The notes under the pieces: generated by a model
What the model was told of the DNA's origin: nothing
The model's database searches: none
The model's input: only the letters and a program-made list of their open reading frames with translations
Translations under genes and position numbers: made by a program
Part shown: positions 17,952 through 26,887 of the stretch, piece after piece
Position numbering within the stretch: position 1 is the first letter of the stretch
Layout of the letters: each line of letters starts with the position of its first letter
Origin: an uncultured Rhodobacteraceae bacterium
Lineage (GTDB): Bacteria; Pseudomonadota; Alphaproteobacteria; Rhodobacterales; Rhodobacteraceae
Direction of reading: 5' to 3'
Assembly (NCBI GenBank): GCA_913041145.1
Contig: CAJWHE010000006.1
Span: 6,176 to 70,175, forward strand
DNA length: 64,000 nt

Positions 17952-19523
17952 ATGTATAGTAAAGTCACATGGATTGGAGGCTTGAAAATATTGGAAGATA
18001 TAAAACGCAATTTAGAGGAACGACGAGAACTTGCCAGAAGGGGCGGTGGTGAAAAACGGATAGCAGCACAGCATGCAAAAGGAAAATTGACAGCCCGAGA
18101 GCGGATCGACCTTTTACTTGATGATGATAGTTTTGAAGAGTTTGACATGTTTGTTAAACACAGATCTACAGAATTTGGAATGCAGAATGATAGACCATCT
18201 GGCGATGGAGTAGTTACTGGTTGGGGTACTATTCATGGCAGACAAATATATGTATTTTCTCAAGACTTCACAGTTTTTGGGGGCTCTCTATCTGAGACGC
18301 ATGCACAAAAAATATGTAAAATAATGGATATGGCAATTCGAAACAAGGCCCCTATCATAGGAATAAATGACTCTGGTGGTGCCCGAATTCAAGAAGGTGT
18401 AGCCTCACTGGCTGGTTATGCAGAAGTCTTTCAACGAAATGTTTTGGCTAGTGGAGTCGTCCCACAAATATCTCTTATTATGGGGCCATGTGCTGGTGGT
18501 GCAGTTTACTCACCAGCAATGACAGATTTTATTTTTATGGTTAAGGATACCAGCTATATGTTTGTTACTGGTCCTGAAGTAGTAAAAACTGTTACAAATG
18601 AGATAGTATCAGCGGAAGAATTAGGTGGTGCAACAACACATACAACAAAATCTTCTGTTGCTGACTGTGCGTATGAAAACGATATGGTGACAATAGCTGA
18701 AACTAGAAGATTTATGAATTTCCTACCAGCAAATAATAGATCTAAGTCTCCCATTTTGCCATTCCATGATGATATAAATAGGGTTGAGGTTGGTTTGGAT
18801 ACGTTAATCCCAGACAACCCGAATACACCTTATGATATGAAAGAGTTAATTCTTAAATTAGGTGATGATGGTGATTTTTTTGAGATTCAAGAAAATTTTG
18901 CAAAAAATATTTTGATAGGCTTTATACGTTTGGAGGGTCGAACTATCGGAGTTGTGGCCAACCAACCTTTGGTCTTGGCGGGTTGTTTAGATATTGATTC
19001 ATCAAAAAAAGCTGCTCGGTTTGTACGTTTTTGTGATGCTTTTGAGGTTCCGATACTAACACTAGTGGATGTTCCAGGCTTTTTACCCGGCACAGGACAG
19101 GAGCATAATGGAGTTATCAAACATGGTGCTAAGTTGTTATTTGCTTATGGTGAGGCAACAGTACCTAAAGTAACTTTAATTACAAGGAAGGCGTATGGTG
19201 GGGCTTATGATGTTATGGCTTCAAAGCATTTACGAGGGGATTTTAATTACGCTTGGCCTACTGCAGAAATAGCAGTAATGGGCTCCAAGGGTGCGGTTGA
19301 AATCTTATATAAATCAGATCAAAAAGACCCAGAAAAAACTTTAAAACAGATTGCTGAATATGAAGAGAAATTCACTAATCCCTTCATTGCAGCAGAACGT
19401 GGTTTCATTGATGATATAATTGTGCCGAGGAACTCTCGTCGTCGTATAGCGAGGGCTTTTACTTCTCTTCGAGGAAAGGATTTAAAAAACCCTTGGAAAA
19501 AGCATGATAATATCCCTCTTTAA
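17952..19523 (+). CDS. pccB: Propionyl-CoA carboxylase beta subunit (carboxyltransferase)
   Basis: 523 aa. [35 protein letters not shown] and [12 protein letters not shown] are carboxyl-transferase motifs. The consensus N-terminus (MK.ILE..) suggests the true start may be in-frame TTG 17982. Confidence 0.9.
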   Translation: MYSKVTWIGGLKILEDIKRNLEERRELARRGGGEKRIAAQHAKGKLTARERIDLLLDDDSFEEFDMFVKHRSTEFGMQNDRPSGDGVVTGWGTIHGRQIYVFSQDFTVFGGSLSETHAQKICKIMDMAIRNKAPIIGINDSGGARIQEGVASLAGYAEVFQRNVLASGVVPQISLIMGPCAGGAVYSPAMTDFIFMVKDTSYMFVTGPEVVKTVTNEIVSAEELGGATTHTTKSSVADCAYENDMVTIAETRRFMNFLPANNRSKSPILPFHDDINRVEVGLDTLIPDNPNTPYDMKELILKLGDDGDFFEIQENFAKNILIGFIRLEGRTIGVVANQPLVLAGCLDIDSSKKAARFVRFCDAFEVPILTLVDVPGFLPGTGQEHNGVIKHGAKLLFAYGEATVPKVTLITRKAYGGAYDVMASKHLRGDFNYAWPTAEIAVMGSKGAVEILYKSDQKDPEKTLKQIAEYEEKFTNPFIAAERGFIDDIIVPRNSRRRIARAFTSLRGKDLKNPWKKHDNIPL

Positions 19524-19779
19524 GTACTTACTTAGTTTTTGATATAAAAAAAATATTTTATATTTTATATAATTATTTTATGTTTTATGTAATATTATAT
19601 AACATCTTATGGGGTATGATGAACAAAATTGGCTCTAACTAACTCTATTTTTAGTATAAAATTAGTATTTAAGAATGTAGTATGTTCTTATATTGCAATT
19701 TGATTATCAACAAAGTATTAAAAGGATAAGTTGATAAATATTCAGCTTTGAACTTTGAGCAGTTATATAGGAGACTAAA

Positions 19780-19896
19780 ATGTCTAAAAGCATAAAAATA
19801 GTATTGGCATTAGGGTTTGTAGCCTTTCTTGGGGCGTGTTCTACAACTCAGGCAGTTGAAGATGTTAAATCAGAGCCAGTGCTTAGTAAGTACTAA
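19780..19896 (+). CDS. Small putative lipoprotein (38 aa); not in the ORF track
   Basis: MSKSIKIVLALGFVAFLGACSTTQAVEDVKSEPVLSKY*: a signal peptide with lipobox L-G-A-C. GGAG lies 6 nt upstream of the ATG, and a 9-bp hairpin follows. Confidence 0.5.
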   Translation: MSKSIKIVLALGFVAFLGACSTTQAVEDVKSEPVLSKY

Positions 19897-19903
19897 TGTT
19901 ATT

Positions 19904-19931
19904 GAAGAATGGGTTTTGAAGTCCATTCTTC
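19904..19931 (+). terminator. Hairpin after the small lipoprotein ORF (possible weak terminator or processing site)
   Basis: GAAGAATGG (19904-19912) pairs perfectly with CCATTCTTC (19923-19931) across a 10-nt loop. A T-rich tract follows only after about 15 nt. Confidence 0.3.
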
Positions 19932-19967
19932 ACAATTCTCCTGTCTTTTTTACCCCGGAGCAAGGCA

Positions 19968-20321
19968 TTGATAAAACATAAGGGGTTTCCATCCAGACTA
20001 GTTGGCACAGATTTTCAGTTTACGGTGCGTCGTGAAAATAAGTCGGGTGCGAGTAAAATTTTACGACGAGAGCGTTACCTTGATAGGAAACCTGCTGATA
20101 AAAAAGCGGATGCAGGGTTTCTTGATGCTATTTGGCAATATTTTGGTGAGTCAACTTTTGAAAGAGGCAATTTAGATGCGGGTAGGCTCTCATGGTTGTT
20201 TGAAAGAGAGATAGTTGCCGCAACCGATCCTTTTGATCCGGAAAGTTATTCTGCGCTTTTAAAAGTAAGTAAGGTTGTCGCAGAACATTCCTTTCCGGAC
20301 CTTCTTAAAGAAAATGATTAA
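19968..20321 (+). CDS. Hypothetical protein (117 aa) between pccB and pccA; contains no ATG codon at all
   Basis: TTG start at 19968 preceded by GGAG (19957-19960) at 7-nt spacing. The composition is protein-like (FLDAIWQYFGESTFERGNLDAGRLSWLFEREIV...). I do not recognise the family. Confidence 0.45.
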   Translation: MIKHKGFPSRLVGTDFQFTVRRENKSGASKILRRERYLDRKPADKKADAGFLDAIWQYFGESTFERGNLDAGRLSWLFEREIVAATDPFDPESYSALLKVSKVVAEHSFPDLLKEND

Positions 20322-20373
20322 AGATACACAACCTCTCGATAAGATAAGCCAATAGGATATTAAGGTTATTAAA

Positions 20374-22374
20374 ATGTTCAAAAAAATATTAATTGCTAAT
20401 AGAGGTGAGATAGCTTGTAGAATAATTAAAACAGCAAAGAAACTGGGTATAAAGACTGTCGCAGTTTATTCAGACGCTGATTTAAATTCGTTACATGTTG
20501 AGATGGCTGATGAAGCAATAAATATTGGTCCAGCTTTAGTTAGTGCGTCATACCTTTCTATAGAAAAAATTATTTGTGCTGCACAAGAAAGTGGCGCTGA
20601 GGCCATTCATCCTGGGTATGGCTTCTTATCAGAAAATCCAAAATTCCCTATAGCCTTAGAAAAAGCTGGGCTAATATTCATAGGCCCCCCTGTAGAGGCT
20701 ATTAAATCCATGGGTGATAAAATTACTTCTAAAGAGTTAGCAAAAAAAGCTGGGGTAAGTATAGTTCCTGGACATATGGGTTTAATAAAAACGGTTGAAG
20801 AGGCGGTAGAGGTATCTATGAAAATTGGATATCCGGTTATGATAAAAGCGAGTGCCGGTGGTGGTGGGAAAGGCATGAGAGTTGCCTGGAATGATAATGA
20901 GGTTAAAGAAGGTTTTTATGCTTCAAAAAATGAAGCTTCAAATTCCTTTGGAGATGATCGTCTATTTATTGAAAAATATATAGTAAAACCCCGGCATATA
21001 GAAATCCAAATTTTGGGTGATTCTCATAATAACCTCGTACACCTAGGTGAGAGAGAATGCTCCATCCAAAGGCGAAATCAGAAAGTAATAGAGGAGGCTC
21101 CATCCACTTTTATAGACAAAAAAACTCGAAAGAAAATGGGAGAGCAAGCTTGTAAGCTAGCTAAAGCTGTGGGCTACACAAGTGCTGGAACAGTTGAGTT
21201 TATAGTGGATAAAGATAAGAACTTTTATTTTTTAGAAATGAATACCCGTTTACAGGTGGAGCATCCCGTTACTGAACTTATTACTGGAATAGACCTTGTA
21301 GAAGAAATGATCAAAGTAGCTCAAGGTAAGAAGATTTCATTCACACAAGATGATATAAAGTTAAACGGTTGGGCTATTGAAAGCAGATTATATGCAGAAG
21401 ACCCTTATAGAAATTTTTTACCATCAATAGGACGTCTAACTCGCTATCGACCCCCAAATGAATTAACACTTCCTGAACTTGTTGTGAGAAATGATACTGG
21501 GGTAACAGAAGGTGGTGAAATTTCGATTTTTTATGACCCAATGATTGCCAAGCTTTGTACGTGGGCGAAAAGTAGGCCCGAAGCAATAAAACTTATGCAA
21601 GATTCTTTAGATAATTTTGAGATAGAGGGAGTTGGTCATAACTTGCCATTTCTTTCGGCGGTTATGGGTCACCCAAGGTTTCTTAGTGGTGATATTACTA
21701 CTGCTTTTATTGAGGAAGAGTACCAAGAAGGTTTTGTTGGAGTGAGGTTGGAAAAAAAAGACCTTCGGTTATTATGTTCGGCAATAGCTTCAATACATAT
21801 TTTTAAGGAGATTAGAAAATCTAATATTTCTGGTAGAGTTAATGACAAAGTAGAGGCTGTTGTAGATGATTGGCATGTGTTTGTTCAAGGCGTCCAAAGC
21901 CGAGTAAAAGTTGTTAAGAGTGAAAATGACGTGTTGGTTCAGTATGCTGACATAGAAACACAAAAAGTAAATTTTAAATGGTCACCGGGAGATGTTCTGG
22001 TGAAATTTACAATTAACGGAGAAAAATACTCTTTAAAGGTAAATAATATAATTGACGGATACCGAGTTAGATTTAGAGGGGCAGACTTAAAGGTACAAGT
22101 AAAAACATCCAGGCAAGTGCAGATGTCTTTAGTGATGTTAGAAAAAAAAGAGGCGGATACATCAAAAAGCTTACTATGCCCAATGCCAGGTTTAGTTACA
22201 TCAATTGATGTTTCTGAGGGTGACGAGTTTGAGCAAGGCCAAACTTTATGCACTATCGAGGCGATGAAGATGGAAAATATGCTAAAAGCTGAGAAAAAAG
22301 GGGTAGTTAAGACCATATTAGCCCGAGTTAACCAAAGTATTTCAGTAGATCAGTTAATTATGGAGTTTGAATAA
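20374..22374 (+). CDS. pccA: Propionyl-CoA carboxylase alpha subunit (biotin carboxylase plus BCCP domain)
   Basis: 666 aa. N-terminal biotin carboxylase (KILIANRGEIACRI, GGGGKGMR, ATP-grasp) and a C-terminal biotinyl domain with EAMKMEN. Confidence 0.9.
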   Translation: MFKKILIANRGEIACRIIKTAKKLGIKTVAVYSDADLNSLHVEMADEAINIGPALVSASYLSIEKIICAAQESGAEAIHPGYGFLSENPKFPIALEKAGLIFIGPPVEAIKSMGDKITSKELAKKAGVSIVPGHMGLIKTVEEAVEVSMKIGYPVMIKASAGGGGKGMRVAWNDNEVKEGFYASKNEASNSFGDDRLFIEKYIVKPRHIEIQILGDSHNNLVHLGERECSIQRRNQKVIEEAPSTFIDKKTRKKMGEQACKLAKAVGYTSAGTVEFIVDKDKNFYFLEMNTRLQVEHPVTELITGIDLVEEMIKVAQGKKISFTQDDIKLNGWAIESRLYAEDPYRNFLPSIGRLTRYRPPNELTLPELVVRNDTGVTEGGEISIFYDPMIAKLCTWAKSRPEAIKLMQDSLDNFEIEGVGHNLPFLSAVMGHPRFLSGDITTAFIEEEYQEGFVGVRLEKKDLRLLCSAIASIHIFKEIRKSNISGRVNDKVEAVVDDWHVFVQGVQSRVKVVKSENDVLVQYADIETQKVNFKWSPGDVLVKFTINGEKYSLKVNNIIDGYRVRFRGADLKVQVKTSRQVQMSLVMLEKKEADTSKSLLCPMPGLVTSIDVSEGDEFEQGQTLCTIEAMKMENMLKAEKKGVVKTILARVNQSISVDQLIMEFE

Positions 22375-22398
22375 TAGTAAAAATTTGATGGTTCTTTA

Positions 22399-22845
22399 TC
22401 AGTTTTTATAAAGTAATTTCATTTCTTGTTTTCTAAGAGGCATTTTATCAATACTCCTAGAAATCTCACGGATATTCCAAGGGCTGGACTTACGTAGAGA
22501 AATTTTTCCATCTTTGGCTATTAGTATAAAAGAGAAGCCTTTTGGTCGAAGCTTTGATCTTGTCAAGTTAGCTGGAATAGGGTTTGTATCGGTGAAGACG
22601 ATTACATCTCTTTCTACCAGTTGAGTGGGCCTAGTACGCAATAGTTTCATTTGACCAATAAAGTTTGGATTTTCTGGATTATCAGCGAATACAATAATAA
22701 CTCTCTTTTGCCATAAAAAATTATTTAAACCAATAGATGAGCCATTTGAGGAGTTTAAATCTATAATTAATAAATCATTTGAATCCTCAGCAGTGGCTTT
22801 GCCAAAGTTGAATAATAATATAGAAACTAATAAAAGGTATTTCAT
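22399..22845 (-). CDS. Secreted DUF4174-like protein
   Basis: 148 aa with an N-terminal signal peptide (MKYLLLVSILLFNFGKATA). WQKRVIIVFADNPENPNF...ERDVIVF resembles the DUF4174 pattern as I recall it. Confidence 0.45.
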   Translation of the reverse strand: MKYLLLVSILLFNFGKATAEDSNDLLIIDLNSSNGSSIGLNNFLWQKRVIIVFADNPENPNFIGQMKLLRTRPTQLVERDVIVFTDTNPIPANLTRSKLRPKGFSFILIAKDGKISLRKSSPWNIREISRSIDKMPLRKQEMKLLYKN

Positions 22846-22963
22846 GGAATCTCCTAGGGTTTCTGTCTACAGAAGTTTTTTATTAAATATAAGTACCTAA
22901 TAACGGGGACAAAACTTAAAGAGTAGTGTAAAATCTTTTTGGTAACCTTTAAGGACTAAAAAT

Positions 22964-25102
22964 ATGATGTCAGAAAAGAAAAAATGGGAACTAAATTTAA
23001 AGGCTGAATCTTCTAAAAGTAATGTTGAAGACTTAACGTGGATTAGCCCTGAAGGTATTCCAATTTTTCCACTCTATACTAAAGAGGATTCGGATGATCT
23101 TCCTCATCTAGGATCAGTTCCGGGTGAGGAACCATTCGTTCGTGGAACAAAAACAACAATGTATGTGGGTCGACCCTGGACCATCAGGCAATACGCTGGA
23201 TTTTCTACTGCTGAAGAATCAAACGAGTTTTATAAAAAAGCGCTTAAGGCAGGGCAGCAAGGTGTTTCCGTTGCTTTTGATTTAGCGACTCATCGAGGGT
23301 ATGATAGTGATCATGAACGTGTCGAGGGGGATGTGGGTAAAGCTGGTGTCGCCATTGATAGTGTAGAAGACATGAAAATATTATTTAAAAATATTCCTCT
23401 GGATAAAGTTAGTGTCTCCATGACCATGAATGGGGCTGTTATTCCAGTATTAGCTTCTTTTATAGTTGCTGGAGAAGAACAAGGTGTAAGTACATCTGAC
23501 CTATCTGGAACAATTCAAAATGATATATTAAAAGAGTTTATGGTAAGAAATACCTATATTTACCCTCCTGAACCATCAATGAGAATTGTGGCGGACATAA
23601 TTGAGTATACTTCAAAGCAAATGCCTAAGTTTAACTCAATTTCTATTTCAGGGTACCACATGCAAGAAGCTGGAGCAAATCTAGTCCAAGAACTCGCCTT
23701 CACTTTGGCAGACGGAAAAGAGTACGTAACTGCCGCCATTAAAAGGGGTATGGACGTTGACTCGTTTGCGGGTCGGCTATCTTTTTTCTTTGCAATTGGT
23801 ATGAATTTTTTTATGGAAATCGCGAAGCTTAGAGCGGCTAGGCTTTTATGGCATAGGATTATGAAAGAATTTAATCCAAAGAATGAAAAATCATTAATGC
23901 TTAGGACACACTGTCAAACCTCTGGTGTGTCGCTGCAGGCACAAGACCCGTATAATAACATTGTTAGAACTTCCTATGAGGCTATGAGTGCAGTTTTAGG
24001 AGGAACTCAATCCCTCCACACTAATAGTTTTGATGAGGCAATCGCGTTACCAACAAGTTTCTCAAGCCGTATTGCAAGGAATACCCAATTAATTCTTCAA
24101 AATGAAACTAAAGTTACGACCGTTATAGATCCACTTGCTGGCTCTTATTATATTGAAAAATTGACATCGGACCTGGCAGAAGAAGCATGGAAATTAATTT
24201 TGGAGATTGATGAATTAGGGGGTATGACGAAAGCGGTAGCCTCAGGCATGCCAAAGTTGAAAATTGAAGAAGCTGCGGCAAAAAGGCAGGCATCAGTTGA
24301 TCGAGGCGAAGAAATTATTGTTGGTGTAAATAAGTTTAAACCAGATCAGGAGACTATCGTAGATATACTTGATGTAGATAATATTGCTGTGCGAGATTCA
24401 CAGATAAGAAGGCTTAAACAAGTTAAGAAATCGAGAGATTCAAAGAAATGCAAAGCGGCTTTAAATGATCTTGAGGAAGCGGCTTCGTCAGGAAATGGAA
24501 ATTTACTTGATTTTGCGATTAAAGCCGCCAGAGTGAGGGCGACCGTGGGAGAAATCAGTATGGCTATGGAAGTTCCTTTTGGACGACATAAAGCTCAAAA
24601 TCGAATGTTATCTGGAGTCTATGGAGCTGCATATGCTACTGATGAAAATTTTTTAAACATACAAAAATCTATTGAAAATTTTGTAGAAGTTGAAGGTAGG
24701 CGACCAAGAATTTTAGTTGTAAAAATGGGGCAAGACGGACATGATAGAGGAGCTAAAGTTATTGCTACAGCATTTGCAGATATTGGTTTTGATGTTGATG
24801 TCGGTCCTCTATTTCAAACGCCAGCAGAAGCGGCTCAAGATGCTATAGATAATGATGTTCATATTATTGGAATTAGCTCTCAAGCGGCAGGTCACAAGAC
24901 ACTTGCTCCTAAGTTAATAGAGGCCCTTCATGAAAATGATGCATCTGAAATAATTGTAATTTGTGGAGGTGTTATTCCGCAACAAGATCATGAGTTCCTT
25001 TATAGAAAAGGAGTTAAGGCAATTTTTGGGCCAGGTACAAATATTCCAGAAGCCGCCCAAGCGGTGTTAAACTTAATTCAAACCAATAAAAGTCAAAAAT
25101 AA
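22964..25102 (+). CDS. Methylmalonyl-CoA mutase, single-chain adenosylcobalamin-dependent form
   Basis: 712 aa. [22 protein letters not shown] and the [10 protein letters not shown] mutase core, plus a C-terminal B12-binding domain ([13 protein letters not shown]). Confidence 0.95.
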   Translation: MMSEKKKWELNLKAESSKSNVEDLTWISPEGIPIFPLYTKEDSDDLPHLGSVPGEEPFVRGTKTTMYVGRPWTIRQYAGFSTAEESNEFYKKALKAGQQGVSVAFDLATHRGYDSDHERVEGDVGKAGVAIDSVEDMKILFKNIPLDKVSVSMTMNGAVIPVLASFIVAGEEQGVSTSDLSGTIQNDILKEFMVRNTYIYPPEPSMRIVADIIEYTSKQMPKFNSISISGYHMQEAGANLVQELAFTLADGKEYVTAAIKRGMDVDSFAGRLSFFFAIGMNFFMEIAKLRAARLLWHRIMKEFNPKNEKSLMLRTHCQTSGVSLQAQDPYNNIVRTSYEAMSAVLGGTQSLHTNSFDEAIALPTSFSSRIARNTQLILQNETKVTTVIDPLAGSYYIEKLTSDLAEEAWKLILEIDELGGMTKAVASGMPKLKIEEAAAKRQASVDRGEEIIVGVNKFKPDQETIVDILDVDNIAVRDSQIRRLKQVKKSRDSKKCKAALNDLEEAASSGNGNLLDFAIKAARVRATVGEISMAMEVPFGRHKAQNRMLSGVYGAAYATDENFLNIQKSIENFVEVEGRRPRILVVKMGQDGHDRGAKVIATAFADIGFDVDVGPLFQTPAEAAQDAIDNDVHIIGISSQAAGHKTLAPKLIEALHENDASEIIVICGGVIPQQDHEFLYRKGVKAIFGPGTNIPEAAQAVLNLIQTNKSQK

Positions 25103-25123
25103 CAATACTTTTAAGGATATTTA

Positions 25124-26185
25124 ATGGGATTACTTTCTCATAATAAATTTAAATATGCGTTGATAATACTTTTGGGATTGTTTATTTTTCTATGGTACTT
25201 TTTGCACGCTTTAACACCCTTTATAGTGGGATGCGTGATAGCTTACCTTTTAGATCCATTAATAAAACGCTTAGAAAAGTTAGGGGTAAAGCGGCTATTT
25301 TCTGTTATTTTGATTTGTCTCTTATTCTTGAGTACTTTGGTTTGTGCAGTGTTATTTATTTTTCCAATCATTTTTCAACAACTATTAGAACTTTTTAAGA
25401 GTGCCCCATCATATATCTTTGCCTTTCAGGAATACTTTTTTAATAATTTTCCAACTTTGCAGGAAAAAACGCCAATTTTGAGTGAATCTTTGAATGGCTT
25501 TAGTGAAATGATAGAATCCAAAGGAGTCTATCTAGCTCAGGCCTTAGTTACTTCAACAGTTGGGTTGGTAAATATCTTTACATTTTTGCTCATTGTTCCT
25601 GTAGTAACGTTCTATCTGCTATTAGATTGGACCATTTTAATTGAAAAGTTAAATGGGTTGGTGCCAAAAAAATATAACTCTGATATAAAAATTATTGCTT
25701 TAGAAATTGATAAGACGTTAGCAAGTTTTGTGCGAGGACAGTTGTTTATTTGTTTAATCCTTAGCATTTACTATGCTGTAGCGTTAATGTTCTTAGGGGT
25801 CAAATTTGCTCTTTTAGTAGGAATTTTTGCTGGTATATTTTCACTTATTCCATACGTTGGGTTTGTCTTTGGAGGAGGAATTGCTATAGTTCTTGCGATG
25901 GTTCAATTTTGGGATAACCCTATTTGGATAGGGGCTGTCGGTTTTGTATTTTTGATTGGACAGGTTGTTGAAGGTAATATTCTTTCACCGGTACTAATAG
26001 GAAAAAATATTGGACTGCATCCGGTTTCACTTTTACTGTCTTTATCAATTTTTTCTTTCTTGTTTGGTTTTACAGGATTAATTGTTGGCGTCCCAATAGC
26101 TGCAATAATTGGTGTTTTACTACGTCTTTTAATTGTTAGCTATAAAAAGACAGATTTTTATAATGAGCTAGATCAGACTGATTAG
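25124..26185 (+). CDS. AI-2E family transporter (PerM/UPF0118)
   Basis: 353 aa, multi-TM. IPYVG...G and VEGNILSPVLIGKNIGLHP motifs are typical of AI-2E/PerM. Confidence 0.8.
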   Translation: MGLLSHNKFKYALIILLGLFIFLWYFLHALTPFIVGCVIAYLLDPLIKRLEKLGVKRLFSVILICLLFLSTLVCAVLFIFPIIFQQLLELFKSAPSYIFAFQEYFFNNFPTLQEKTPILSESLNGFSEMIESKGVYLAQALVTSTVGLVNIFTFLLIVPVVTFYLLLDWTILIEKLNGLVPKKYNSDIKIIALEIDKTLASFVRGQLFICLILSIYYAVALMFLGVKFALLVGIFAGIFSLIPYVGFVFGGGIAIVLAMVQFWDNPIWIGAVGFVFLIGQVVEGNILSPVLIGKNIGLHPVSLLLSLSIFSFLFGFTGLIVGVPIAAIIGVLLRLLIVSYKKTDFYNELDQTD

Positions 26186-26857
26186 ATGAGTAATCAATTA
26201 TCATTTTCTCTTCCAAAAAAAGAAATTCTTGATCAAGATAATTATTTTGTGTCTCAGGCAAACCAAAGTGCCGTATCCTTGATAGAGGACTGGATTAATT
26301 GGCCCTCAAGGAAATTAATTTTAGTCGGCTCTGAAGGTTCAGGGAAGACTCATCTTGGTCATCTCTGGGCCTCCAAAGTTGGTGCCACCATTATTAATGC
26401 AAAAACTTTGATGGACGAACAAATTAATATACTCTCTAAGACACCAGTTTTAGTCGAAAATATAAACGAAGTTCAGAGAAACCAGCCTGTTGAAATAGTA
26501 CTTTTCCACTTACATAATCTGCTATATTCTGAAGGCCATAGCCTTTTAATGACATCTCAAATATTACCTGGTAGATTAGACTTTTTTCTTAAAGACTTGC
26601 AGAGTAGGGTGGAAGCCTCGGCAATTGCAAGACTACACCCCGTTGATGATGATTTACTTAGAGCTATTTTGATTAAAATGTTTGCTGATAGACAAATTTA
26701 TTTTTCTGATAAATTATTGGCTTACGTGTTACCTCGAGTAGAGAGAAGTTATACAGCGGTTAAGCTATTCGTTGAGGAAGTGGATTCAAAGGCAATGGCA
26801 GAGAGTCGAGTTATTGGGAAAAGATTAGTGAGGGATATATTAGAGGCTCGTGAATGA
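26186..26857 (+). CDS. hdaA: DnaA-regulatory inactivator HdaA-like protein
   Basis: 223 aa. QLSFSLP N-terminus, Walker A GSEGSGKTHLGHLW and a DnaA domain III-like core. The ATG abuts the PerM stop (TAGATG). Sits in the ppk-ppx neighbourhood usual in alphaproteobacteria. Confidence 0.7.
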   Translation: MSNQLSFSLPKKEILDQDNYFVSQANQSAVSLIEDWINWPSRKLILVGSEGSGKTHLGHLWASKVGATIINAKTLMDEQINILSKTPVLVENINEVQRNQPVEIVLFHLHNLLYSEGHSLLMTSQILPGRLDFFLKDLQSRVEASAIARLHPVDDDLLRAILIKMFADRQIYFSDKLLAYVLPRVERSYTAVKLFVEEVDSKAMAESRVIGKRLVRDILEARE

Positions 26858-26887
26858 AAGTAGCTCTGTTTTGAGGAATTATATAGC

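Noticed and set aside
19524-19779. Tandem repeat or minisatellite in the AT-rich tract after pccB.
   Set aside because: The TTTTAT/TATAT reiterations are irregular low-complexity sequence rather than a phased repeat unit.
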